Shown here: positions 27,462-35,350 of the stretch, in pieces
Layout of the letters: each line of letters opens with the position of its first letter
Position numbering within the stretch: the stretch's first letter is position 1
Source: a virus
IMG/VR virus record: IMGVR_UViG_3300049893_001984
Span: 96,001 to 160,000 of that record
Strand: one strand, 5' to 3'
DNA length: 64,000 nucleotides
The notes under the pieces: generated by a model
Databases searched by the model: none
Seen by the model: only the letters and a program-made list of their open reading frames with translations
Told to the model about the DNA's origin: nothing
Translations under genes and position numbers: made by a program

Positions 27462-28102
27462 GCTTCAAGCTGTGAGAACGGGACTGTGGATGTTATGCCG
27501 TCTGCGTTGTCCGGTTGGCTGAAGAACCGTATCCTTACCCCTATGCTAGAAACGAGGAGGCTGGTCTTCATCGAATTTGCAACCTCCTTCTTTTCAAGAC
27601 GAAAAACCTCATTTTCAGGAATTGTCTTATCCGCATAGAGGATTGTGTTCTGAGTCCAATCCACTATGGGACGGCTGTACATCTCACCCAAACTGTACTT
27701 TGGACCGCCTTTTACCAGTTCGTACTTATGCGCCGGAAATGAGTTAGCTAGCGGGGTTACCTTTGAGATAAATAACCCCTTTAGCAGCAGCTGCAGCTCC
27801 GTAGGCAGTGTCGCTTCTACTATTGAAAGGCCAGCCATGCTGACGGTTGGCTCTATCTCCTTAAAAGCCTTGAACTTACTTTCAAGATATCGGAGAGCCT
27901 CCACGTGTGCTCTGTCCAGAGGCATGCCCCAACACCTTAGGGTGCCCAGCATTGTGTCTGGGCTTGACAGGTTGTAAGACATGAACGCATACCTGTTTAT
28001 CCCCATTATGTACGGCTTAGACACAGGCCGGAATGATACCGGGTCTACGCCTCCGAGCTTATTTGCAGCTTCAGTGGCCTTTGTAACTGCCGCTACATCC
28101 AT
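27425..28102 (-). CDS. Hypothetical protein
   Basis: 225-aa ORF abutting upstream stop. Confidence 0.55.
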   Translation of the reverse strand: MDVAAVTKATEAANKLGGVDPVSFRPVSKPYIMGINRYAFMSYNLSSPDTMLGTLRCWGMPLDRAHVEALRYLESKFKAFKEIEPTVSMAGLSIVEATLPTELQLLLKGLFISKVTPLANSFPAHKYELVKGGPKYSLGEMYSRPIVDWTQNTILYADKTIPENEVFRLEKKEVANSMKTSLLVSSIGVRIRFFSQPDNADGITSTVPFSQLEAWESLLKESGLW

Positions 28103-28597
28103 TTACTGTTCCCCCGAGGTGGTTATCTCTTGCAGTGAGGGCACCCCCCTCACGTAATTAGCGTAAAGTTTTACGGCTCTTAACTTCGCTTTTTCCCATA
28201 TATGATTACTTTTTGTAGGCATGCCAGAAGCCGTAACAAAATAGGGGAACGCTCTTCCTGTTTTTGGACAGGAGGAGTACGTTCCCCAGTAATCAAGCGC
28301 GTCTTTAAGACTTCCGTACACAAACACTAGAATAAGAATATTTACACATGTACGCCAAACCGCCGCCTCTAGCCTTACAGCGTTGTATCTGTTCCACAGG
28401 GGGTGGCGAGGGCATATGTGTTTAAACTTTAAAACGCTTCCATTTACCTGCTTTATAACTTCGCCTTTACTGTTATTACTGATGTCCCTCACAAACTGTT
28501 CTGCTAGGGACTGATGCCGCATAGCTTTCAAAACCATCACATCTATGTCCTTCTCCGACACTTGGGTTTTGAGAGCCTTCTCCATGTCGGCTTTCAA
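28103..28597 (-). CDS. Hypothetical protein, paralog of 23708..24418
   Basis: Shared I.P.HPLW..Y.....E......C...L..V motif. Confidence 0.6.
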   Translation of the reverse strand: MKADMEKALKTQVSEKDIDVMVLKAMRHQSLAEQFVRDISNNSKGEVIKQVNGSVLKFKHICPRHPLWNRYNAVRLEAAVWRTCVNILILVFVYGSLKDALDYWGTYSSCPKTGRAFPYFVTASGMPTKSNHIWEKAKLRAVKLYANYVRGVPSLQEITTSGEQ

Positions 28598-29009
28598 TGT
28601 GCCCCTCCTCTAATCTCAGAGATTTTTTGCGGGACAAGATTTCTTGATACGTAACACGCCTATGGCAGTTAGCGCACATGGGTACACACTTGGCTAATTC
28701 CTGCTTAACCTTTTTGGGAGAAAAGCCACCGCTCATTAGTCTTGAAATTGTGGCTACCTTTTGTCGCGGGTCTATATGATGAAATTCGATAACAACAGGG
28801 TCTGATTCACCGCACAATATACACTTGCACCCCCGCTTATACTCCCAGAACATCTCTCTATTTCTTCTTGCCTTTCGACGGCTTCTAGCTTTCTCACACT
28901 GAAGGCACATGGTTAAAAAACACGTGCTTCCGTCGGGTCTATTCTTTCGGGTGAATAAATTAGCCGCCTTTTCTTCTTTACACACTCTACAGATTTTTAA
29001 TTGTACCAC
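28476..29009 (-). CDS. HNH endonuclease (possible homing endonuclease)
   Basis: CRVC, CLQC, CILCG, EFHHIDP, CVPMCANCHR; GTG start 8 nt after GGAGG. Confidence 0.85.
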   Translation of the reverse strand: MVQLKICRVCKEEKAANLFTRKNRPDGSTCFLTMCLQCEKARSRRKARRNREMFWEYKRGCKCILCGESDPVVIEFHHIDPRQKVATISRLMSGGFSPKKVKQELAKCVPMCANCHRRVTYQEILSRKKSLRLEEGHIESRHGEGSQNPSVGEGHRCDGFESYAASVPSRTVCEGHQ

Positions 29010-29042
29010 GTGGTATTCCTCCAAAGATTACCACATGGTACA
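29002..29042 (-). promoter_or_regulatory. Hairpin covering RBS/start codon of the HNH gene
   Basis: 14-bp stem TGTACCATGTGGTA / TACCACGTGGTACA (one G-U), GGAGG in loop, GTG start in the stem. Confidence 0.55.
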
Positions 29043-29068
29043 CGCTGTGCTGTAAATTCAAGTTACAG

Positions 29069-29500
29069 TTACAGTTTGATATTGTGCCCAGCCTTTAAAA
29101 GGTGCCGCCTTTTTAAGAAAAACCTCGCTATTTTGTCGTCCAACCACTCCGCAAGATCTGCGCTGCTGGAGGTGATGCTCACTTTCATGTCGTCACCCGC
29201 TGGACTCCAGGCGCTGGGCCTTATCCCTGGGTCCATTACACGTAGAATCAAGTGCTCGCTACTAAAAGCGATCTGCATCTTGAATCTATAAGGACATACT
29301 ATTTGTAAGAATGGCCACTTAACAGGCTGCTCTTCTGAGGGTGGTTTGCATTCTACTACACAGTCCTTCTCGAGGTCGTCTCTTATGTTATTGAGCACCA
29401 TCACCAGGAAAAATCCCCTTGCCTCCTGGTACGCCTCGTTCAAGTAAAAGAGGGTGCCCTCTCTACTCGGTCTTGCCTTTCGAAATTTCCTGCTATCCAT
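29069..29500 (-). CDS. Hypothetical protein
   Basis: ORF with SD. Confidence 0.55.
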   Translation of the reverse strand: MDSRKFRKARPSREGTLFYLNEAYQEARGFFLVMVLNNIRDDLEKDCVVECKPPSEEQPVKWPFLQIVCPYRFKMQIAFSSEHLILRVMDPGIRPSAWSPAGDDMKVSITSSSADLAEWLDDKIARFFLKRRHLLKAGHNIKL

Positions 29501-29506
29501 TTTTAA

Positions 29507-30028
29507 CTACTCCTTTTTATTAACAACGAAAATGGATTGAAACATGTCGCGCAGACTTCTTTTCACTGACTCTGCGGCCCTGATCATGTCTTCGTCTTCG
29601 TCATCTTCATCATCGTTCGCAACGTCAGCGGATGTGACAGGTGTTGGAATCTCGTGTTTCACGTCTGGCTTGTTTTTGCTCATGGGTTTAAAGACTGATG
29701 GCGGCGTCTCGTCTTTCAGCGGTTCACTGTCCATTATAAGATCGAAAAGCGGTTCACCTTTGGGGGTGTAGAGCATTTGGAACTTGTCGCTGAGATTATC
29801 TTTTAAAACTTTCTCAGCCTCTTGCTTGGTTTCACCCTCTGCGTACACGGTGAGGTTCACGACTGCATGCTCATTAAGAGCACCAGTCTTCTCCACAACT
29901 GGCAGCTTGTTATCAAACAAGCCGAGCTGAACGCCCACAAGGTTCAACGCTGAAACTTGTGCTGCTTCAATTGAGTTGTTTTTGACCGTGACAAACAACT
30001 TGACGATGGCCTTGTAAACATTACACAT
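29507..30028 (-). CDS. Hypothetical protein
   Basis: ORF with SD, acidic tract. Confidence 0.55.
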   Translation of the reverse strand: MCNVYKAIVKLFVTVKNNSIEAAQVSALNLVGVQLGLFDNKLPVVEKTGALNEHAVVNLTVYAEGETKQEAEKVLKDNLSDKFQMLYTPKGEPLFDLIMDSEPLKDETPPSVFKPMSKNKPDVKHEIPTPVTSADVANDDEDDEDEDMIRAAESVKRSLRDMFQSIFVVNKKE

Positions 30029-30500
30029 GCTGTGTTCCTTTCAAAGAATCCCAAGTTAGCTCATCCAAACATTCAAGCGCGTTGGACACTGCCTGCTTGT
30101 AGTCCCTAAAAGAGTCCTTTGACGGTAGGATCTCTGAACCGTGTCTAGCACACTCTCTGCGCAGTTGCTCAAGGTACGGGCCGCCACAGGGAACAACCTG
30201 AACATCTAACTCTGTGATATCCTGCGCCAGGTAATTCTTGATTACGGCGTAGGTGTACCCCTCCGGGTTGTACGGTAATGCACCCAGTTTGTCCGAGAGT
30301 CTTGTTTCACTCCTCACACCACAATGTTCAGTGACCCATAGTAGAGTCCTTTTTTCTATGTCGTACCTCAGATCAACAACCGGAAGCATTGCCATGGGCT
30401 CAAGAACCTCTCCGCTCTTAAACACGAGCCCATTTCTGAAGCAGACCAAGAACATTGCTATCCCCCTGTTTACAATCCGAAAGAAACCCCCGGACCACAA
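30021..30500 (-). CDS. Hypothetical protein
   Basis: True start likely MFLVC (about 30455), downstream of the terminator. Confidence 0.55.
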   Translation of the reverse strand: MWSGGFFRIVNRGIAMFLVCFRNGLVFKSGEVLEPMAMLPVVDLRYDIEKRTLLWVTEHCGVRSETRLSDKLGALPYNPEGYTYAVIKNYLAQDITELDVQVVPCGGPYLEQLRRECARHGSEILPSKDSFRDYKQAVSNALECLDELTWDSLKGTQHV

Positions 30501-30515
30501 TGGTCCGGGGGTTTT
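30484..30515 (-). terminator. Rho-independent terminator closing the Ubl cassette
   Basis: AAACCCCCGGACCA-CAA-TGGTCCGGGGGTTT 14-bp stem, 3 nt after the 30519 stop. Confidence 0.85.
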
Positions 30516-30518
30516 GCC

Positions 30519-31136
30519 TTATTTGGAAGGTACAACCGGCTTAATGTCTGGCGAGAACTTGCCAAATACGTGTTTTTCTATGTACGCAGAGAATAACTTT
30601 TCGATATTTAATTCATCACTATCATTTATCCAGCTGTTCGCTTTCGCGCGCCTACGAAAATCACGGACAAATGGCGCGCAGTTTGTATTACATATCCATA
30701 GCCCCCGTTCATCCCTGGCCAGCTTGCATAATCTGCAATTCTCATTCCTGGCGTTTTGCATAAGAGTTTTCAGGTTCTCAGGATTATATTTATTCCTATT
30801 TTTCGTAAACTCTGGAAAGCACTCAAGATAAAAACCAATAGCTATCTTTTGCAACCTTGGGCTGAGGCCAACGCGAGAAAACATCTGGTTGGAGACCAGC
30901 GTTATATCTGTGTCAAACCCACGAAAGTCAAAGAATTCTCTGAAGGACATGAGTTCTTTAACCAGACGTATCGTCACTTCTAAGAATTGAACCCGTGCCT
31001 CTTCGAAAGCCGTTGACACGGATTCTTCTGTAACCACATTTATTTCTGGGACATGTGGTATTTGAATATCTTTTGTGGGTCTTGGGGTTACCATAGAAGA
31101 TTCTACGCTAACCATGCACGCTTCAGTGTACCTCAT
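30519..31136 (-). CDS. Hypothetical protein with Cys cluster, last gene of Ubl cassette
   Basis: ATGA overlap with E1; CRLC...ICNTNC. Confidence 0.7.
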   Translation of the reverse strand: MRYTEACMVSVESSMVTPRPTKDIQIPHVPEINVVTEESVSTAFEEARVQFLEVTIRLVKELMSFREFFDFRGFDTDITLVSNQMFSRVGLSPRLQKIAIGFYLECFPEFTKNRNKYNPENLKTLMQNARNENCRLCKLARDERGLWICNTNCAPFVRDFRRRAKANSWINDSDELNIEKLFSAYIEKHVFGKFSPDIKPVVPSK

Positions 31137-31993
31137 TGGCTACTTTCCTTCTTCTTTGCCCGTTTCCTTGCTTTTCTTACTACGTGGGCGTGTTGAGGTA
31201 GCTTATCGGCGCTGCTGTCCGTAGCAGAACTTACATCGGGGATAGTAGGGATATGCAACGCAGAGACCGCTGTTTGATCCTCCGCGCCTTTAGGTTTATC
31301 AACGTCATACACAACGGCTTTTCCTACCTCGAGGTTAAAGAAAGCCTCCTGCGGTAGGTTTTCTTTGTCCTCCGTTACCCAAAGCCGGTGAAACAAGGAG
31401 AAGGCCATAGTAGCGGCCATGAGATTTGTTACCAGGAGCTGTGTAACACCCTGGTTTATCTCGTCCTCGCAGCCCTTTCCTGTGCGATCACCCTCAGTGG
31501 CCGTCAGTATCTCGGGATGGCGTTCGAGCACAGTCTGGGTCAAGTTTTTACCGTCAACCCGGATCTGAACACAAACGTCACCATCGATCAGCTCGTTGCC
31601 TGCTGAGATCATGATACCATTTTCAAGCTTGGACAAGGCCTGTGAAATGGTACGACGGGCCGGGTGGTTATCCACACAGGAGATAACCACGCAGTTCTCG
31701 GTGACGGCCCTTCGAACGCTGTCTTCAACCACCCACTCCGGGTAGGCGGTTATACGGAGGGAGGGATACTCCCCCGCCATATCGGTTACCAGGGCTTCGG
31801 CTTTGTTAACGCCAATGCTTGGAAACCGAAAGCGCTGACGGTTACGGTTTCCTTCTGTGTACACGTCCCGGTCCCACAGTGAGATCCGGCCTTGAAAGTC
31901 TTTGGCACACAGAAACTGGCAGAGCGGGGGGATGAGGTGTGACCCTATCCCCCCGCAGCCAACTATGACAACCTCGCTGACTTTAAACAGCAC
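31133..31993 (-). CDS. ThiF/E1-like ubiquitin-activating enzyme
   Basis: VGCGGIGS, DRDVY...NRNRQ, NKAEA, SCVDNHPAR, SAGNE, putative catalytic Cys in GKGCED, Q...N..AA. Confidence 0.93.
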   Translation of the reverse strand: MLFKVSEVVIVGCGGIGSHLIPPLCQFLCAKDFQGRISLWDRDVYTEGNRNRQRFRFPSIGVNKAEALVTDMAGEYPSLRITAYPEWVVEDSVRRAVTENCVVISCVDNHPARRTISQALSKLENGIMISAGNELIDGDVCVQIRVDGKNLTQTVLERHPEILTATEGDRTGKGCEDEINQGVTQLLVTNLMAATMAFSLFHRLWVTEDKENLPQEAFFNLEVGKAVVYDVDKPKGAEDQTAVSALHIPTIPDVSSATDSSADKLPQHAHVVRKARKRAKKKESSQ

Positions 31994-32025
31994 AGTACTG
32001 CCCTCGCTGTGGTTTTGTAATGCGG

Positions 32026-33192
32026 CTACTGATACGCCTCAGTAGACCTGTAGTCGTAATTTGTTAAGTCATTCGGGTCCAACTCCTGGTGCATAGACCC
32101 GCCGTTTCCTCCTTGTTCAAAACTGCTCTGGGGATTTGTGGCTTCCAACTGGGTCGATGGTGCAGCCGTGGGTGGTATCGTAGACTCCACCTCAGCTTTT
32201 ACTGCTGGAAGTATAGCGGTGCTGCTTTTTGCTTCTTTGTCCGCCAAGTCTGTTGTGGTGGTGGTGGGGGTAGTGGCGGTGGGGGTTTCTGTCTTTTCTA
32301 CGTGCGGTGCCTTTGGATCTAAGTCTATGCGCGACAAATAGTAGTCGTCGTCATCGCTCACATAGTAGGGATGTGTGTTGGGGGTGGATCTGGTCACCCT
32401 TTTTTCTTTGTAATACGCACTGTCCGCCCATTTACTCGCATGTGCGCTGTATCCAGAGTAGCTCGAGTAGCCCGAGTAGCTCGTGGGTTCAATCGTATGC
32501 TTAGCTACAAGGGCGTCCCATTTTGGGTCATGAAGAGCTCCGTATGCTCCTTCAACAACACCGGGCAATTCTGCGTCAAAGAATTTGCCGCCAAGTTGCC
32601 ACCGACAGCTGTAGCTGTGATTCAACTTGTCCAGGTTGCCCACAGTGATGTGCAGCCCGTCAAATTGCTTCTCGTCGTTGTCGTCCGTTCCTGAGTGGAA
32701 CGCATTCATTGACGCATGACTGTGAATGGTCCCAAACCGGAACCAGCCGTCTGGCGGATCCGCCAAGGTCGATATGTCGTACTTTGCAGAGGCTGCAGAT
32801 ACTGTCTGGACCGGTACCTGCGCATCCCATTGCTTACTCGTGGGATTATAGATCAACACAACAACGGCCTCTGACTTGTGATCGATGTACACCTTCTCGA
32901 AGAAGGACTCGATCTGGCGAAATAACTGTAACGGAAGTTTTACCACCTTGATTTCCACTGATTCAGCCAAGGTGGCCATCCCCGGAAGGGTGTCAACTTT
33001 CACCCTGACAGTGTAGAAGTCGTTGCTTATCTGTTTGAAGATCCCGTTACTCCCAATCAGATAGCAAAACTTGTCCTCCGGGTAAGTAACCGCTTGTACT
33101 TCGTCCTTTTCAGTGGAAACCGGTGGGTTGCCCACCATAGTTACCACCTTTGAGACCTTCTTTTCTATCAGATGTATTGGAAGCCTTGGCAC
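32026..33192 (-). CDS. Prokaryotic JAB/MPN+ metalloprotease (PRTRC protein A-like)
   Basis: YLIGSNG, SEAVV (Glu), VPVQTVS, GTIHSHASMNAFHSGTDD (HxH-x7-S-x2-D), GLHITVG; start reassigned to GTG 33192 behind AAAGGA. Confidence 0.92.
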   Translation of the reverse strand: MPRLPIHLIEKKVSKVVTMVGNPPVSTEKDEVQAVTYPEDKFCYLIGSNGIFKQISNDFYTVRVKVDTLPGMATLAESVEIKVVKLPLQLFRQIESFFEKVYIDHKSEAVVVLIYNPTSKQWDAQVPVQTVSAASAKYDISTLADPPDGWFRFGTIHSHASMNAFHSGTDDNDEKQFDGLHITVGNLDKLNHSYSCRWQLGGKFFDAELPGVVEGAYGALHDPKWDALVAKHTIEPTSYSGYSSYSGYSAHASKWADSAYYKEKRVTRSTPNTHPYYVSDDDDYYLSRIDLDPKAPHVEKTETPTATTPTTTTTDLADKEAKSSTAILPAVKAEVESTIPPTAAPSTQLEATNPQSSFEQGGNGGSMHQELDPNDLTNYDYRSTEAYQ

Positions 33193-33262
33193 AGGTCTAT
33201 TCCTTTCTTGTGCTAAGTGATTTTCGGTTAAACTCGCATTGTGCGAATTTAAATTGTTTGGA

Positions 33263-33793
33263 CTACTGCGGGTCTGCGCCGCTGACAGTGCCTGCAACTT
33301 CGGCTGTTGCTTCGGCTGTTGTTGCCGCTGTTTCTGTTGATGCTTGAACGGGTTCCGTGACAGACGGGGCAGATGCTGGGGTGATTGCTGGCAGCGTCTC
33401 AAGTTGTGCAAGTTTGAGTGCTTCAGCTTCAGTCTCCTGCCTTTCAAGTATCGCTCTCTGTTCATTCAATTCCCTCAGCAACTGGCTTCTTCTTGCAGAA
33501 GCCTGCCTTGCCTTCGTCTTGTCGTAGTGTTCTGTCCGTGACAAAATTCTTTGTAGCTGGGCATACGTTCCAGATTCGTCAATTTGTGACTCTTTTATGC
33601 AAAACCTCAACCTAATAGAATGTACTGCGTGTGCCACTAGGCTTTGCATTGGGGTGCCAACAAAGTTTTCCAAATCCTCGATTGGGCACACTAAAAAAGG
33701 ATGTAAAATATCCACGATGCTCAGTTTTTTCTGGGAAGGGATCGCGCTTAGTGAATTTTTGAGTTTTATAAATTCTTCTGACTCACGGGTCAT
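33263..33793 (-). CDS. Hypothetical coiled-coil protein inside Ubl cassette
   Basis: ATGA overlap with E2 stop (start MTRES); helical core plus A/T/E-rich tail. Confidence 0.7.
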   Translation of the reverse strand: MTRESEEFIKLKNSLSAIPSQKKLSIVDILHPFLVCPIEDLENFVGTPMQSLVAHAVHSIRLRFCIKESQIDESGTYAQLQRILSRTEHYDKTKARQASARRSQLLRELNEQRAILERQETEAEALKLAQLETLPAITPASAPSVTEPVQASTETAATTAEATAEVAGTVSGADPQ

Positions 33794-34512
33794 GAATTCT
33801 CCTCTCTGCCTAGTATGGCGCTGCAAAGACCGTCTAAGGTCTTTAGCTTGTGTCTCTTAAGTGATAACTTCTTGTAAAACTCCTTGTCGTTCTGGGTCTT
33901 GGCGTTCCAATCCTCTAGATTTAAGATGGCGCCACCGCTGTCTTCTTCGTACCGGACCTCCAGGTCGTCATTCCACGTTGAATTATAGATGAGCTCCTGC
34001 GCCAACGTGTTAATGCGAACAACGCGGGGAAGTGAGGCGTCGACTCCTACCTCGCCAGTGCAAAAGTGCCCGTGCCCTTGCTCATGTACATTGGGCAAGC
34101 ACAACGTATGGATCTGTGCACCAGTTCCCAGCAGGCACACATCATCCTTTACGCCTACTGCGTACACACTGGAGGGTATTTCTTCGGAGAAGTGAAAGAG
34201 CCAAAGTGTCCATCCGATGGACAGTTTGTAGTTGTATGACTTGTTCCGGTCCAGGCCAGGACCGCCACGTTTGTAATGCATACGTACAGGTAGTATCTGC
34301 GGCGGTTTCTGAATTACGTACAGCGATGATGGTCTACCTCCGCGCAGACCCGTCATGTACCGAACACAGTCCTTTGGCAAAGGTCCAGTGTCCGTACCGC
34401 GACCCTCTTGTGTTTGCTTCAAGTACTCCGTCAGGTTCACGTCGTGCATTATCATACGACGTATCTGGAGTACATGGTCACCGCGTATTTCAATCACATC
34501 CTCTTCTTCCAT
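33790..34512 (-). CDS. Prokaryotic E2-like conjugating enzyme (Prok-E2 family D / PRTRC protein B-like)
   Basis: GPLPKDC, LPNVHEQGHGHFCTG (catalytic Cys), STWNDDL, DWNAKT; SD GGAGG. Confidence 0.75.
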   Translation of the reverse strand: MEEEDVIEIRGDHVLQIRRMIMHDVNLTEYLKQTQEGRGTDTGPLPKDCVRYMTGLRGGRPSSLYVIQKPPQILPVRMHYKRGGPGLDRNKSYNYKLSIGWTLWLFHFSEEIPSSVYAVGVKDDVCLLGTGAQIHTLCLPNVHEQGHGHFCTGEVGVDASLPRVVRINTLAQELIYNSTWNDDLEVRYEEDSGGAILNLEDWNAKTQNDKEFYKKLSLKRHKLKTLDGLCSAILGREENS

Positions 34513-34529
34513 TACTGCGCCTCCTTTTT

Positions 34530-34571
34530 AAAAGAAAAAGCCGAGGAGCGCGGCAGGTGCGCTCCTCGGCT
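34530..34571 (-). terminator. Rho-independent terminator between Ubl and E2
   Basis: Perfect 13-bp stem AGCCGAGGAGCGC / GCGCTCCTCGGCT followed by TTTTCTTTT on minus strand. Confidence 0.85.
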
Positions 34572-34606
34572 GGTGTTTATGCTACGACAAACTGCTTACG
34601 TAACGG

Positions 34607-34831
34607 CTAGCAGCCCTTCTCGGACGCCATCTTCACGAACTCCAGGCGCTGACCGGCCTGGAGGCGGGTTTCGCCGCTGACGGGCATGCCGTCGATGCGG
34701 GCCTCGACGTTGCTCGGGAGGTTCAGAACATCCGTGTACTCATTCCGGATGTCGTTGACCGTGTGGCCAACGATGCTGTCGAGGGTCATCTGGTGCACAT
34801 TGAACTTCAGCATTGCGGTTTCGCCGTTCAT
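34607..34831 (-). CDS. Ubiquitin-like (beta-grasp) protein
   Basis: 74 aa; G.TV..IR...LN.P...IDG..V...L..G..LEFVK..SEKG-C; strong SD AAGGAG. Confidence 0.85.
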   Translation of the reverse strand: MNGETAMLKFNVHQMTLDSIVGHTVNDIRNEYTDVLNLPSNVEARIDGMPVSGETRLQAGQRLEFVKMASEKGC

Positions 34832-34982
34832 CTTTCTTTTCTCCTTTGACGCTTGGCGTCAGGGTTGTGTTTTGGTGTGTGTTCGCAGCAGTGTATTCCA
34901 TAGCCACACCTTGTATGGATACCCTGCCAACTGCTGTGGGCGTGGCTGTGCCTGAAATCGCTCTTTCTAAGCACAGTATATG

Positions 34983-35345
34983 TCAATCAATGTCAAGCTC
35001 GGAGAATACTACCCGGTTAGTTGGCATTGATTTATAAACAAGCGGTTTCACAGCTTCGGCAGTAACTACTGGCGATGCTTGTTTCTCCGCCTTTATTAGG
35101 GGCAACTCGAAGTCAAACCCACGGGGAGGGGATAGGGGCTTCACGGTTCCACTGTCCCAATCCGAGAGGCGTGTTACCACGCACTTGAACCCTTTATTGC
35201 CTGCTTTGTGTTCTGATGTAAGGTACAGGTGGGCGGACCTCCACCCGAGCTCCAAGGTGACGGGGAGTGATATTACCTCCCAGTCACCTTTCTCTTCCTT
35301 ACCCAGAATAGCAAAGCGCTCCTTGCCCTCTGCTGTCTGTGCCAC
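34983..35345 (-). CDS. Hypothetical protein
   Basis: GTG start with SD. Confidence 0.55.
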   Translation of the reverse strand: MAQTAEGKERFAILGKEEKGDWEVISLPVTLELGWRSAHLYLTSEHKAGNKGFKCVVTRLSDWDSGTVKPLSPPRGFDFELPLIKAEKQASPVVTAEAVKPLVYKSMPTNRVVFSELDID

Positions 35346-35350
35346 GTGCC

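Noticed and set aside
32450-32482. CGAGTAG short direct repeats
   Set aside because: Coding for the SYSGYSSYSGYS low-complexity peptide
34975-35000. TTGACA and TATACT upstream of Ubl
   Set aside because: Spacings are 0 and 10 nt, not 16-18; cannot call a sigma70 promoter
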